A DNA stretch of 64,000 nucleotides from an uncultured Streptococcus sp. Lineage in GTDB: Bacteria; Bacillota; Bacilli; Lactobacillales; Streptococcaceae. The translations under genes and the position numbers were made by a program. Where the stretch lies: contig CAUSPE010000005.1 in the NCBI GenBank assembly GCA_963533485.1, forward strand, positions 2,509-66,508, read 5' to 3'. Below are positions 15,752 through 26,304 of the stretch, piece by piece. Numbering within the stretch: the first letter of the stretch is position 1; the number at the start of each line of letters is the position of its first letter. The notes beneath the pieces are model-generated. The model saw only the letters and a program-made list of their open reading frames with translations, was not told the origin of the DNA and did no database searches.

Positions 15752-16723
15752 TCAGTCGTTTATTTTTTTCCACTTTTTAAAGTAATAATAGAGGCGTGGA
15801 TACCTGCTAATCAAGACATAGAGAATCTTACGTTTCTTACTAACTCTAGCATTCTTCAAGACAAGAGGTACATATGGTCTTGTCTTCTCCTGAAGTCGCT
15901 TGAACTCTGCTGGATCTCCGTCACGAATCATCGTAAAGATAAGAAGACTTCCTGTAAAGAAGCGAGAAATAATGGCTGCTTGGAGTTCCGAATTCTCAGG
16001 ATAGGTTGCATTCACAACCTCTTTTAAATGATCGATTGCTTCATAAAACTCGTATTGTTTAGGCGTGAAGGCCGAGGCAGTAATGCTACCCGGTCTATGG
16101 TAATAATGGTAAATCGGAAGATGAAACAAGGCCACGGATTGGGCTTGGTTGAGATGCTCACTGATTACATAGAGGTCTTCGTAGATGCGCCCCTTGGGGA
16201 AGGGAGCTTTCTCCAGAAGTTCTTTCCGATAGAGTTTCCCGCAAGCAGAGACCGTCACAAGGTCTCCGTAGAGCATTTCAGTCAGAGCCTTCGCCTTATC
16301 ATAGACCTTAACCTGGTCTAGATCAAGCTGATCCAAGTGAAAATTTTGATAACGATGGTAGTGGGCTGTCGGCTCCACTTTACCACTAACGATATCTGCT
16401 TGGGTACGAACTTGTAACTCAGCTAGCAGTTCCAAGGCGCAAGGTTCCAAATAGTCGTCCGGATCAAGGAAGGTGATCCAGTCACCCTTGGCTTTCAATA
16501 CCCCATAGTTGCGAGCATCAGACAAGCCACCGTTGACCTTGTGGTAGCTCTTCACCCAATCATACTGCTGGGCATACTGGTCACACAAGAGTCCTGAGCC
16601 ATCACTCGATCCATCATCAATCAAGAGGACCTCCATATCCTTGTATGTCTGATGTTCCAAACTCTCCATAGCATAATGAAGGTAGTCCTCCACATTGTAA
16701 ACAGGTACAATTACCGAAATCAT
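15752..16723 (-). CDS. GT2 glycosyltransferase (WefD/WefG position)
   Basis: ISVIVPVYNVE, DDGSSD, NGGLSDARN, FLDPDD (DxD). Confidence 0.88.
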   Translation of the reverse strand: MISVIVPVYNVEDYLHYAMESLEHQTYKDMEVLLIDDGSSDGSGLLCDQYAQQYDWVKSYHKVNGGLSDARNYGVLKAKGDWITFLDPDDYLEPCALELLAELQVRTQADIVSGKVEPTAHYHRYQNFHLDQLDLDQVKVYDKAKALTEMLYGDLVTVSACGKLYRKELLEKAPFPKGRIYEDLYVISEHLNQAQSVALFHLPIYHYYHRPGSITASAFTPKQYEFYEAIDHLKEVVNATYPENSELQAAIISRFFTGSLLIFTMIRDGDPAEFKRLQEKTRPYVPLVLKNARVSKKRKILYVLISRYPRLYYYFKKWKKIND

Positions 16724-16757
16724 CTATTTTTTTCTTTCTCTTACTTAGTTTTACAGT

Positions 16758-17759
16758 TTAAATCTCAAATGAGCTTTTATCTGGAAGCAGTTGGTCCATG
16801 GCCTTGACGAAGTCTATCATCACCTGTTCCTCATCTTGAACGTTGTGTCCGTCATTTATACACATAATTTGGTATTTACCAGAATTCAGTAGCTTCCAAA
16901 AATCTGGTCCGGCATTATCCAAAGAAAAAAGTCCCCCCAACTTAGGATTTCCGATAGCGTATTGACCACTAGCAATCTGCCAATACTTAAAGAGCCAAAC
17001 ATTGGTATCAGAGGGACTTCTGAAACGACTCGCTGAAGTGCCCTCCAAGACTGCTTTTTCCTTTTCCCATACCAAGTCCATCGTTGATTTTAGTAGGGGA
17101 TAGGGCAGGTGACTCTCCCAGAAACCACAGATAAACTTAGTAGTCCCATAAAGTAAAGTCTTGATTAATTGTTTAATTCCATGCTTAAAGGAAAAAAAGT
17201 GACCATTATTTAAAATTTCTTTCTTCGAAAAATGACTAGTGATAATTCCCATATCATTCATTTGGAAATGACCAGTTCCATATCTCTCCGTTGTAATAGG
17301 AGCTAAAGCTGTAACATACTTTGGCAAACCATCCTCCGAGAAAAAGTCTATCGGTTCCACTGGAGCTGTTAAATACATGTCGTCATTAAAAAAGACAAAG
17401 TGCTCAGAGAGTCCAGGGATTCGATGGATGTTGCTTTCAATAGGATTGGCAGAAAAAACCGGTAGATAGTCATTACAGATAATCTCTGTATGGTCTACCA
17501 AGACCAATTTTTCACTGTTTATATCCAACCAACTTGGCTTTTGCTGGTCAGTCACAAGGTAGATCTTATTGACCCAAGGAGCAAATTTTTCCACACCTCT
17601 AAACCAGTACTTAAAAGTTCCCCATTCACGATAGGATTTCTCTGAGTTCATACCCTCTTTAAAAGTGTTTACTGAGCCATCGTATTGAGCCTTCTTTTCT
17701 CTCCAGACTGGATCATTCCCATCAACCCATGCGACAACAAAGTCAATCTTTTCTACCAT
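16758..17759 (-). CDS. Stealth-family hexose-1-phosphate transferase (WefC/WefF position)
   Basis: Stealth CR1 [14 protein letters not shown]2 FSANPIE...[13 protein letters not shown]4 CIND. Confidence 0.9.
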   Translation of the reverse strand: MVEKIDFVVAWVDGNDPVWREKKAQYDGSVNTFKEGMNSEKSYREWGTFKYWFRGVEKFAPWVNKIYLVTDQQKPSWLDINSEKLVLVDHTEIICNDYLPVFSANPIESNIHRIPGLSEHFVFFNDDMYLTAPVEPIDFFSEDGLPKYVTALAPITTERYGTGHFQMNDMGIITSHFSKKEILNNGHFFSFKHGIKQLIKTLLYGTTKFICGFWESHLPYPLLKSTMDLVWEKEKAVLEGTSASRFRSPSDTNVWLFKYWQIASGQYAIGNPKLGGLFSLDNAGPDFWKLLNSGKYQIMCINDGHNVQDEEQVMIDFVKAMDQLLPDKSSFEI

Positions 17760-17773
17760 TCAGTCTCTCCTAT

Positions 17774-18775
17774 TTAAAATTCTAATAGTCTATCCATCAA
17801 TTTTATAGAGGTATATTGTTCAAAGTATAGTGCCTTTGCTTTATCAACTTTTTGAATAATATCATCAACCATAGGATTGAAATGTTCCATTAGCTGTGCT
17901 AGTGCCTCATAATCCCCTGAAGGATAAAAAGTCACCAAGGATTCATCAACATAATCTCGAACAGATGGGATGTCATTTACAATGATAGGAACTCCTAAAG
18001 ACATTGCTTGAAGCATAACCATATGACCAGCGGATAAATCAATATCTTTTAACGATAGGACAAGAAAATCAGACTTAGCTAATACATCTCCAAAGGTTTC
18101 TACTACTACATCAGATAAAACTTGAATGTTTGAACCATGCGTAGGAACTCTCCATGGCTGAGTTGCAATCACACACGGCATTGAAAGATTTGAAGCCTCC
18201 ACTGCCTTAACTAGTGTCTCATAATCCCGGTTACTGCCTCCACCTGAAAAGATATACTTAGTTGGTAAAGAACCTTGATAAGTTAGTTGATTATCATAAT
18301 CTAAGCCGTAATGAATAAATTTAAATTTCTCCTGAAATTCTGGAAAGAGTTTCGAATAATAATGGATTTCTTTTGAACCATAGACTATGATATTTCTGAT
18401 ATGCTGGAAAGATTTTCTCACAAGTTGCTTTCGTAAATAATAATAGATTTTATTTTTCTTATTCTCAAACAAAAATCCTGCTAATGTAATTTCCTTGCCA
18501 CTTTTATTTAAAATTCCTAAAAATATACCTACAAGAGGATTTACACAAATAATTTTCTTGACATCATATTTTATGAATTTACGAGCATAATCATAGGACA
18601 TTTTCCACATTAAAAAATGATACAAAGCACTACCGATGTATTTGAAATTACGTACTCTTCTTATAAGTGGACTTTCATAGTTGGTATAAACTACTCGGCT
18701 TCCGCCATGAAGAGATTGATAATGCTCTTCATTCTTTTTTTGCAGCTCACTGTCTAAAATGATTAAATTTTCCAT
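17774..18775 (-). CDS. GT-B-fold glycosyltransferase, low GC (WefB position; possible branch transferase)
   Basis: C-terminal SGGGSNRDYETL and AGHMVMLQAMSLGVPII resemble GT4-like nucleotide-binding segments. The specific assignment is by position only. Confidence 0.7.
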   Translation of the reverse strand: MENLIILDSELQKKNEEHYQSLHGGSRVVYTNYESPLIRRVRNFKYIGSALYHFLMWKMSYDYARKFIKYDVKKIICVNPLVGIFLGILNKSGKEITLAGFLFENKKNKIYYYLRKQLVRKSFQHIRNIIVYGSKEIHYYSKLFPEFQEKFKFIHYGLDYDNQLTYQGSLPTKYIFSGGGSNRDYETLVKAVEASNLSMPCVIATQPWRVPTHGSNIQVLSDVVVETFGDVLAKSDFLVLSLKDIDLSAGHMVMLQAMSLGVPIIVNDIPSVRDYVDESLVTFYPSGDYEALAQLMEHFNPMVDDIIQKVDKAKALYFEQYTSIKLMDRLLEF

Positions 18776-18783
18776 TATACCCC

Positions 18784-19935
18784 TTATTGTAAATTATCAT
18801 AAAATTCCGAGAAGTTCTTGATGTAACTCTCCAAAGAAAACAGCTCTCTTTGTCTCTGATATCCTACTCGCCCAAATTTTTCTCTTTTTTCAGAACTATC
18901 TAGTAATAGAGAAATGGCATTAGAAAGTTCTTGAGGACGATTTGGTTTGACTAAGTAACCACTTTTGTCATCTACTACCATTTCAGCTATTCCCCCATTG
19001 TTATAACCAACAACTGGTTTTGAACAAGCCATGGCTTCTAGGACTACTGTAGGTAGGGAATCAGGTTTTATACTTGGTAAGACAAAGATATCAAACATAT
19101 TATAAAGTTCAGAAGTCTTATCGTAGTAATCAATACGATGAATTTGTGACACAACAGATGAAGAAGCTATTCTATTATCTAGTTCTTCTAAGCGCCATTC
19201 TTCACCATGAAAAACACCTCCAGCTAGGAAAGCCACCGCTTTCTCATTCTTTTCCAAAAGTGGCTCGACTGCTTCTATGAAATCATTTTGCCCTTTGATA
19301 GCATTGACCCGACCAATCATGCCAATCACAAGTGCATCTTGCGCAATGTCAAATTTTTCACGAATAGAAGACGCATCCATTGGATAATAGACAGCATTAT
19401 CGACACCGTTATAAATCACTTCCACTTGGCTATCTTTGATAAAGGGAGACTGCTTGATATGATTAGCGACCGCTTGGGACACCGTCACAATCTTGTCTGC
19501 ATATCGTCCCATGAGCATATTGATAAAGTCAGAAATAGCTTTGGGTTTGACGATAATCTCATGAACATGCCAAATCAAAGGCAGCTTGAGCTTGCGTTTC
19601 AAATAGATACCCTCCAAAACAGCCGCTGTATTATTGTGAACCATATCTATACTGTGTTCTCGAGCATAGAGGGCGATTTGCTTAGCATAGAAATTATAAG
19701 AGCGAATATAGTCGGCAATGCCTTTGGGATTAAAATACTTCCTTCGTAAAATCGGATAATCCAACACGCTGACCTGAGCCCCAACTTGACGTAAGGCCTC
19801 GACTAAAACACCATCATTTGGTAGGATGACATGAGCTTCAAATTCTTGGCGATCTAATCCTTTGATCAATTCCAGTAAAACCTTATCTGCTCCATACATT
19901 TCTGCACCAGCATGCAAGTATAAAATTCGTTTCAT
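18784..19935 (-). CDS. GT4 glycosyltransferase, WefA/WcwA-like
   Basis: YGADKVLLEL, WHVHE, LPTVVLEAMAC motifs; follows wchF. Confidence 0.85.
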   Translation of the reverse strand: MKRILYLHAGAEMYGADKVLLELIKGLDRQEFEAHVILPNDGVLVEALRQVGAQVSVLDYPILRRKYFNPKGIADYIRSYNFYAKQIALYAREHSIDMVHNNTAAVLEGIYLKRKLKLPLIWHVHEIIVKPKAISDFINMLMGRYADKIVTVSQAVANHIKQSPFIKDSQVEVIYNGVDNAVYYPMDASSIREKFDIAQDALVIGMIGRVNAIKGQNDFIEAVEPLLEKNEKAVAFLAGGVFHGEEWRLEELDNRIASSSVVSQIHRIDYYDKTSELYNMFDIFVLPSIKPDSLPTVVLEAMACSKPVVGYNNGGIAEMVVDDKSGYLVKPNRPQELSNAISLLLDSSEKREKFGRVGYQRQRELFSLESYIKNFSEFYDNLQ

Positions 19936-19938
19936 TCT

Positions 19939-21111
19939 TCACCCTTCAAACACTTCTTCATAATCTGACACAATCTTTTCCCATGTGAAAGCTGAGAGAA
20001 TTCTTTGGCTTGACTTGAAATCCAAGTCAGCTATCACTACTTGATCAAATCCCTCTACTTCCTCAATGACGTGTGCCAACTCATCTTTTTTCCAATAAAT
20101 AGCCCCGTCTTCACCAACCTCACGGTTAAAGCCAACATCTAGCAACAAATTCAGTTTTGTAGATGCTAGGGCTTCCAGTAGAGAAGGGTTGGTCCCTCCA
20201 ACCTCATGCCCATGCAAATAGGCAAAAGCATTTTCACGAATGTACTTGAGCAATTCTTGGTCATAGACCGTACCGACAAATTTGACCCTAGGATCTTTGT
20301 CAAAACCAGTATCCTGTAACAACTGATCGTAAAATTTATTCTGCTCGACATTTGTGATGAGGACGAAGTCCTTCTTGGACTTGGACTTGATAAATTCACG
20401 AATCATGGTTTCGTAGTTGTTTTCAGGAACGAATCGTCCCACCACTAGATAATAGCCATTTTCACTGACTCCTTTTTCCTGATACCAGTTCCGAACCTTG
20501 GTATCTTCTGCCTTCAGGCTTGAAGGAGCAGTATCCGTTCCATAGGCAATATAGGTGGTCTTTGGTTGATACTGTTTATAGTCCTCTTGGATATATTTTT
20601 CAATATTTTTGCTATCACATACCAGTAAATCAGCATGCTTGACCATGAGTTGCTCTGAGAATTTCCAGTACTTACGAACTGGCAGGCTCCATTTTGCTCG
20701 TAGCCATTCATGGCCATCTGGATTTACCAGCAACCGGCCACCGATCGCACGAATCTTTTTCTTAAGGCCAGAAATAAAGGGCCCGATGCGACAAGCTAGA
20801 ATGTAAAAAATAGGAGCCTCGTCCTTGTTTTCCTTAGCCAATTCAATAGCCTTATTGACCGCTGCAATATCGTAAGCGATAGCACGAGCCGGCCCAATAT
20901 TAGGCACATCAATGTTGAAACAAACGGCGCCATTGTGCTCAAACTGGTCATCCGTGATACCAGATTTAGCTGAATTTTCACGCATACAAGCAACATAGTA
21001 TTGTATGTTGCTGTCTTTTTGGTATTCGGTTAATTTTTCAACAAAGGTTTCAAATCCTCCATACTTGGCAGGAATCCCCTTTGAACCAATGATATAAACT
21101 GACTGTTTCAT
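19939..21111 (-). CDS. wchF: Beta-1,4-rhamnosyltransferase WchF (Cps2T)
   Basis: IGSKGIPAKYGGFETF, NPDGHEWLRAKW, HGHEVGGTNPSLLEAL. Confidence 0.92.
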   Translation of the reverse strand: MKQSVYIIGSKGIPAKYGGFETFVEKLTEYQKDSNIQYYVACMRENSAKSGITDDQFEHNGAVCFNIDVPNIGPARAIAYDIAAVNKAIELAKENKDEAPIFYILACRIGPFISGLKKKIRAIGGRLLVNPDGHEWLRAKWSLPVRKYWKFSEQLMVKHADLLVCDSKNIEKYIQEDYKQYQPKTTYIAYGTDTAPSSLKAEDTKVRNWYQEKGVSENGYYLVVGRFVPENNYETMIREFIKSKSKKDFVLITNVEQNKFYDQLLQDTGFDKDPRVKFVGTVYDQELLKYIRENAFAYLHGHEVGGTNPSLLEALASTKLNLLLDVGFNREVGEDGAIYWKKDELAHVIEEVEGFDQVVIADLDFKSSQRILSAFTWEKIVSDYEEVFEG

Positions 21112-21141
21112 CTCTCTCCTAACAAGACTGAGGGGCAGAAA

Positions 21142-22509
21142 TTACTTCGCCCCATCTCTCATAAATACAACCTTAACGGTCTTCAGTAAAATTTCAATAT
21201 CTTTCCAAATAGTCCAATCATCAATATAGGCTACATCTAATTTGACAACTTCATCGAAATCCTTGATCTCGCTTCGTCCACTGACTTGCCACAAGCCTGT
21301 TATCCCAGGTTTAAAACTGAGACGGCGTTTCTGTTCAGGAGTATATTTCTCGTACTCATCCACTGTTGGGGGACGGGTCCCTACCAGACTCATATCTCCC
21401 ATTAAAACATTCCAAAACTGAGGCAACTCATCTATGCTGGTCTTACGAATAAAGCGACCAATTGGTGTAATACGAGGATCATCATCAATCTTAAACATAC
21501 CACCTTGCATGGTATTTTGAGCCAAAAGTTCTTGTTTGCGCTTTTCAGCATTCACGCACATGGATCTAAATTTATAGAAAGTGAAATGTCGACCATTTTT
21601 TCCAATACGCGTTTGAGAAAAAATCGCTGGCCCACCATCTTGTCGAATCATCGGAACCAAAACAATGCTCACCAAACCACAAATAATCAATCCGACAATC
21701 GAACCGACAATATCAATGAACCGTTTAGCAATGACATGACTGGTCTTATAAAATTTTGTAGAAAACGTGATAACATTCAGCCCTGCCATCCCACGAATCT
21801 TTTTATCACTACCTAGATAGTTATTAAAAGCATTCAGGTTAACTGTCACGTCAATTCCCATTGTCTCAAAAAGTGAGATAAACTCCCCGATGTCATACTC
21901 TTCACTTGGTAGATTGATAAAGACCTCATCGACAACTTCATGAGTAGCAAAGTCTAAGATATTCTCAGCAGGTACAACGGTTAAGGTTTGATGCCGAAAA
22001 TCAGGCTGGTCTAAAACACTGACCGCCACCAAATTCCAAAAAATTTCTCCCGACTCTATCAGCCTATCGATGACTTTTTCAACCCTAGAGGTCGCTGTTA
22101 TCAAGAATATCTTCTTACTCCCCTTGAGATTTGGAAAGATGCTTTTTCTATAGCGTTTAATGCATAGATTCAACAAATACAACAGAATAGAGTGTATTGT
22201 CAAAAAATAAATCATTCCTCGTCTAGAGATACTAAAACGATCTTCTAAGAAAAAATTCGAAATACTGATAGCTAAAGCAAAGAACACGATATACTTTGTC
22301 GTGTTGATAAACTCTGCTAAATAACCCCTTTTAAAAAAATCATGCCCATAATCACTGATATAAAAAATAAAAAAATGAAGAATGAACAAGATAATAACAG
22401 AAGTATTTACAATCTCTGTTTCCTTAACAAAACTAAGTAAATAAGCTAATAAAATGACAAGAAAACTCTGGATTGTCGCCAAAGTAATCTTCAATCCCTT
22501 TTCTTCCAT
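21142..22509 (-). CDS. wchA: Initial undecaprenyl-phosphate glucose-1-phosphate transferase
   Basis: 455 aa; N-terminal TMs, YKFRSM, DDPRIT, DELPQFWNV, KPGITGLWQ. Confidence 0.93.
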   Translation of the reverse strand: MEEKGLKITLATIQSFLVILLAYLLSFVKETEIVNTSVIILFILHFFIFYISDYGHDFFKRGYLAEFINTTKYIVFFALAISISNFFLEDRFSISRRGMIYFLTIHSILLYLLNLCIKRYRKSIFPNLKGSKKIFLITATSRVEKVIDRLIESGEIFWNLVAVSVLDQPDFRHQTLTVVPAENILDFATHEVVDEVFINLPSEEYDIGEFISLFETMGIDVTVNLNAFNNYLGSDKKIRGMAGLNVITFSTKFYKTSHVIAKRFIDIVGSIVGLIICGLVSIVLVPMIRQDGGPAIFSQTRIGKNGRHFTFYKFRSMCVNAEKRKQELLAQNTMQGGMFKIDDDPRITPIGRFIRKTSIDELPQFWNVLMGDMSLVGTRPPTVDEYEKYTPEQKRRLSFKPGITGLWQVSGRSEIKDFDEVVKLDVAYIDDWTIWKDIEILLKTVKVVFMRDGAK

Positions 22510-22531
22510 AATATCTTCCCTAAACTATTTA

Positions 22532-23224
22532 TTATTTTTTGCCATAATTCCCATAGTTTCCATATGCTCCATAGGAGCCATATTTTTCAACTGAAGTATT
22601 GAGTTTATTAAGCACAACTCCTAAGAATGGTTTGCTTGTTTGTTCGAGTTGTTCTTTAGCTTTTTGGACATCACGACGATTTGTTTCACCAGCAGCAGTT
22701 ACTAAAACAGAAGCGTCACACTTCTGCGTGATAATCGCTGCATCGATAACAACTCCAATCGGAGCAGTATCTACGACAATGTAGTCAAAGTACTTGCGTA
22801 AGGTGTCAATCATGGTCGCAAAATTTTCACTTTGTAGCAAAGCTGTCGGGTTTGGGGATACAGAACCCGCTTGAATGACAAACAAATTTTCAACATTGGT
22901 TTCACATAAACCTTGTGATAGGTCTGTTGTACCTGACAAAAACTCTGTTAGACCTGTAATTTTTTCCCGTGATTTAAAGACACCTGACATGACTGAATTA
23001 CGGATATCCGCATCAATCAACAGCGTCTTATAGCCCGCACGCGCGAAAGCCCAAGCAATATTGGTAGAAGTTGTTGATTTTCCTTCTCCTGGTTTGACAG
23101 AGGTAATGGAAATCACTTTCAAGTTATTCCCACTCAATTGAATATTGGTGCGAAGGGCATTGTAGTATTCTTCTGCTTTTCTTGCCAAATCTAATTTTTT
23201 TTGTGCAATTTCTAACGTTGGCAT
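22532..23224 (-). CDS. wze: BY-kinase cytoplasmic subunit (CpsD)
   Basis: Walker A GEGKST; C-terminal tyrosine cluster YGSYGAYGNYGNYG. Confidence 0.95.
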   Translation of the reverse strand: MPTLEIAQKKLDLARKAEEYYNALRTNIQLSGNNLKVISITSVKPGEGKSTTSTNIAWAFARAGYKTLLIDADIRNSVMSGVFKSREKITGLTEFLSGTTDLSQGLCETNVENLFVIQAGSVSPNPTALLQSENFATMIDTLRKYFDYIVVDTAPIGVVIDAAIITQKCDASVLVTAAGETNRRDVQKAKEQLEQTSKPFLGVVLNKLNTSVEKYGSYGAYGNYGNYGKK

Positions 23225-23233
23225 TTTTCTCTC

Positions 23234-23926
23234 CTATTTCAATTTATCCAAATTTGGAACTACTCCCAATAGTGCAATTTGCATCACGTCCTCAATATCT
23301 TCTGGACGTTTCACTCGTGTATCTAAGAGCTCAACTAGGAGAACTGCGACAACCATCACAACCGCCCCCGCAAGGAATCCAACCATGGTATTGCGACGAA
23401 TATTTGGTGAAGATGGCGATGTTGCAGGGCGTGCTTCTTCAAGTGTTGTCACATCCGAAACGCGAGTGACGCTGATGATCTTTTGAGCCGCAACCTCTCT
23501 CAAAGAGTTGGCGATACGGCTAGCTTCCTCAGGTGCACGGTCTGTAACAGAAATCGATACAATACGCGTATCCACTGGAACTGTTACCTTGATTTTACTA
23601 GCTAGACCTTTTGGAGGGAGTTCTAGTTTCAAATCAGTCGCAACCTTCTCTAAAACGTCTTGCGAGAGAATGATTTCGCGATAGTCTTTTACCAAGTAAG
23701 ATCCTGCTTGCAAATCTTGGTTAGTCAAGCCAGGCTTATCTCCCTGATTACGATTGACCACATAAATTCGGGTCGTACTCGTAAACTCCGGCTTCACAAT
23801 AAAACTACTGTAGGCAAATGCTACTATCCCTGTCACGAATGCTACCAAAGCAATTAACAATTTTCGCTTCCAAAGGATTTTAAGTAAGTGAAATACATCG
23901 ATTTCCATCATATTTTGTTCTTTCAT
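23234..23926 (-). CDS. wzd: Chain-length regulator / BY-kinase modulator (CpsC)
   Basis: Two TMs, PSSPNIRRN, position in the operon. Confidence 0.94.
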   Translation of the reverse strand: MKEQNMMEIDVFHLLKILWKRKLLIALVAFVTGIVAFAYSSFIVKPEFTSTTRIYVVNRNQGDKPGLTNQDLQAGSYLVKDYREIILSQDVLEKVATDLKLELPPKGLASKIKVTVPVDTRIVSISVTDRAPEEASRIANSLREVAAQKIISVTRVSDVTTLEEARPATSPSSPNIRRNTMVGFLAGAVVMVVAVLLVELLDTRVKRPEDIEDVMQIALLGVVPNLDKLK

Positions 23927-23934
23927 TTTTTCTC

Positions 23935-24666
23935 CTAAATCAATTGATCCATTATTATTTTTCGGGGATTATCCTTAAAAAGTTCCTTAGCCTTATCTTC
24001 ACTGTATTTTTTGGCAATGATATCATAGGCTTCCTCCATATGAGGAGGTCTGTGATCCAAGTTGTGCATATCACTTGCTATCACGTGAACCAGATCTCGT
24101 TCCAAGAAATACTGGGCTCTCTTTTTCATAAATTTATAGGTTTCTCCGAAGAGTTTTGGTTTCAAAACATGAGAACTATTAATTTGAGTATAACATCCCA
24201 TATCAATCAGCTCTCGCACGCGCTTTTCATTGTTTTCTAAAGCATCGTAACGTTCAATGTGGGCAATGACGGGTGTAATGCCTAACATTAGAATATTACT
24301 CAGCCCCTTATGTATATCCCGATAAGCTGTATTCATACTAAACTCAATCAAAGCATAGCGACTATCGTTGAGGGTTGGGATTAATTTCTTTTCTAACTTC
24401 TCAACAACATCTGGCGTATAGTAGATTTCTGCCCCATAGGCAATGATTAAGTCATCCGCAACTTCCTTAGCCATTTCTCGCACCTTCAAAAAGTTAGTTG
24501 CGATTTTTTCTTCAGGAGTTTCGAACATCCCTTTTCGTCTATGTGAAGTGGAAACAATTGTCCTCACTCCTTGACTATAGGCCTCTCTAAGTAGTTTTTT
24601 ACTGTCCTCTATTGACTTTGGACCATCGTCCACATCGAAAACGATGTGCGAATGGATATCTATCAT
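23935..24666 (-). CDS. wzh: PHP-family tyrosine phosphatase (CpsB)
   Basis: [19 protein letters not shown]. Confidence 0.95.
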   Translation of the reverse strand: MIDIHSHIVFDVDDGPKSIEDSKKLLREAYSQGVRTIVSTSHRRKGMFETPEEKIATNFLKVREMAKEVADDLIIAYGAEIYYTPDVVEKLEKKLIPTLNDSRYALIEFSMNTAYRDIHKGLSNILMLGITPVIAHIERYDALENNEKRVRELIDMGCYTQINSSHVLKPKLFGETYKFMKKRAQYFLERDLVHVIASDMHNLDHRPPHMEEAYDIIAKKYSEDKAKELFKDNPRKIIMDQLI

Positions 24667-24667
24667 G

Positions 24668-26113
24668 CTACTTGCCCTCCATCACATCATTGATAGCAGC
24701 TTTGGCGGCAGCCAAGCTACTTTCATCGATTTCCATCATGTAGAGGTTACTATCTGGCATAGCGTATGAAGGAAGATCCGTGCGTCCAGTCCCCTTCAAG
24801 TCTTGAGAGTTGACTTTGTAGTTACCGCCACTCTCCAATTGAGTATTAACTAGATCCATCATGGTTTCCAAAGGCATATTGGTCTGAAGAGAATCTTGCA
24901 ATCCTTGTATGATATTGTCATAGTTCTTCAAAGCTTCGGTTGACGTCAACTTCTGAATAACAGCTACAATAACCTTTTGTTGGTTCCGACCACGGTCACG
25001 ATCTCCATCTGCTAGAGAGTAGCGCTCACGAACAAAACCAAGAGCCTGCTCAGAGTCTAGATGGACATTCCCAACAGGGAAATGGTACTTGCCATGCAAA
25101 GAAGTGAAATCCTGATCATTATAGACATCAACGCCACCTAAAAGGTCAATCAACTTCAAGAAAGAGGTAAAGTTCAAGCGCACATAATAGTTAATATCCA
25201 CCCCATAGAGATTTTCCAAGGTATGAATCGACGAGTCCACTCCATAAATCCCAGCGTGGGTCAATTTATCCTTTTGATTATTTCCCCCATCCGCTATCGG
25301 AACATAGGAATCTCGAGGCGTTGTAGTCAGAAGGATTTTCTTGGTATCTCGGTTCACAGTCATTAGAATATTCACATCAGAACGAGATACTGAGCTAATC
25401 GGTCCATAGGTATCAATACCACTCACATAAATATTGAAAGCTTTATTCTTCGATACCTTTGGAGCCGCAACATCCTTAGTTAATTGTTTTGTATAGATTT
25501 TTTTGATTTTTGAAGCATAATCTGGATACTCTGCTTCAATGATATTTTCAAAGACACTATTTAAGATAATTGCTTTTGTTTCGCCAGAAAGCAGACTCTT
25601 ATAAGCTGCTAGATAAGAAGCACTCTGTTCCACTGTCAAGTCTTTACTCTGTGTCGTCTTAATATCCGCCACCAACTTTTGGATATTATCATTATCTGTT
25701 TCAGTTGGACCTGTTACACTCTCTAACTGAGTCACATTATTGATTTCACTGTCTTTCAAAACGACCACACTCATCGAATACTCTGAGTAGTTTGAGGTCG
25801 CATTGATATGATTGGTAAAACCGACAAACTGTTGCAAAGCATAGAGAGAAACCGAGCTAACTACGATAGCAAGTGTCAAAAAGAAAACCGTAAACTTCTC
25901 GGCTTTTTTATACACTATCAGGAGGATTGCAATTACAGCAGAAATAAAAATAAGAACCGCCGTAAGGATATTGAGGTACCGAAAAGCTAAGATATTATGT
26001 TTAAAAATTAAGAACAGCAAAAAACCACTCAATAATAAATAAATGGTTGCTAAAACTATATTAATATTTCGTTTCACATTCCCTAAACGAGCTCTCTTTG
26101 AACGTCTACTCAT
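24668..26113 (-). CDS. wzg: LCP-family protein (CpsA)
   Basis: 481 aa; three N-terminal TMs, SRSDVNI, PRDSYV, FVRERY, RGRNQQK. Confidence 0.95.
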   Translation of the reverse strand: MSRRSKRARLGNVKRNINIVLATIYLLLSGFLLFLIFKHNILAFRYLNILTAVLIFISAVIAILLIVYKKAEKFTVFFLTLAIVVSSVSLYALQQFVGFTNHINATSNYSEYSMSVVVLKDSEINNVTQLESVTGPTETDNDNIQKLVADIKTTQSKDLTVEQSASYLAAYKSLLSGETKAIILNSVFENIIEAEYPDYASKIKKIYTKQLTKDVAAPKVSKNKAFNIYVSGIDTYGPISSVSRSDVNILMTVNRDTKKILLTTTPRDSYVPIADGGNNQKDKLTHAGIYGVDSSIHTLENLYGVDINYYVRLNFTSFLKLIDLLGGVDVYNDQDFTSLHGKYHFPVGNVHLDSEQALGFVRERYSLADGDRDRGRNQQKVIVAVIQKLTSTEALKNYDNIIQGLQDSLQTNMPLETMMDLVNTQLESGGNYKVNSQDLKGTGRTDLPSYAMPDSNLYMMEIDESSLAAAKAAINDVMEGK

Positions 26114-26146
26114 GATAATCCCCTATACACGTTAATAGTTATAAAT

Positions 26147-26177
26147 ATTATATCACAATCATGATGGAAATTCCATC
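26147..26177 (-). promoter_or_regulatory. cps/RPS promoter: extended -10 with a palindrome over the -35 position
   Basis: TGTGATATAAT (26157-26147); GATGGAA-A-TTCCATC at 26163-26177. Confidence 0.65.
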
Positions 26178-26304
26178 CATCCTTGCTATTTTCAGCGTTT
26201 TCATTCGTTTTTGTTCTCTTGAGTTGCTCTAAAATATGGGCAAAGTTCCGAATACCATTCTACACAAAAAGACAAGGCGCTCAGGGGCAACCTTGTCTGT
26301 AATC

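Noticed and set aside
22532..22585. Five YG units in the Wze tail
   Set aside because: Within ordinary variation of BY-kinase tyrosine clusters.
26247..26254. TCCGAATA resembling a ComX box
   Set aside because: No correctly spaced T-rich tract, and it points antisense into the aliD terminator; expected by chance.
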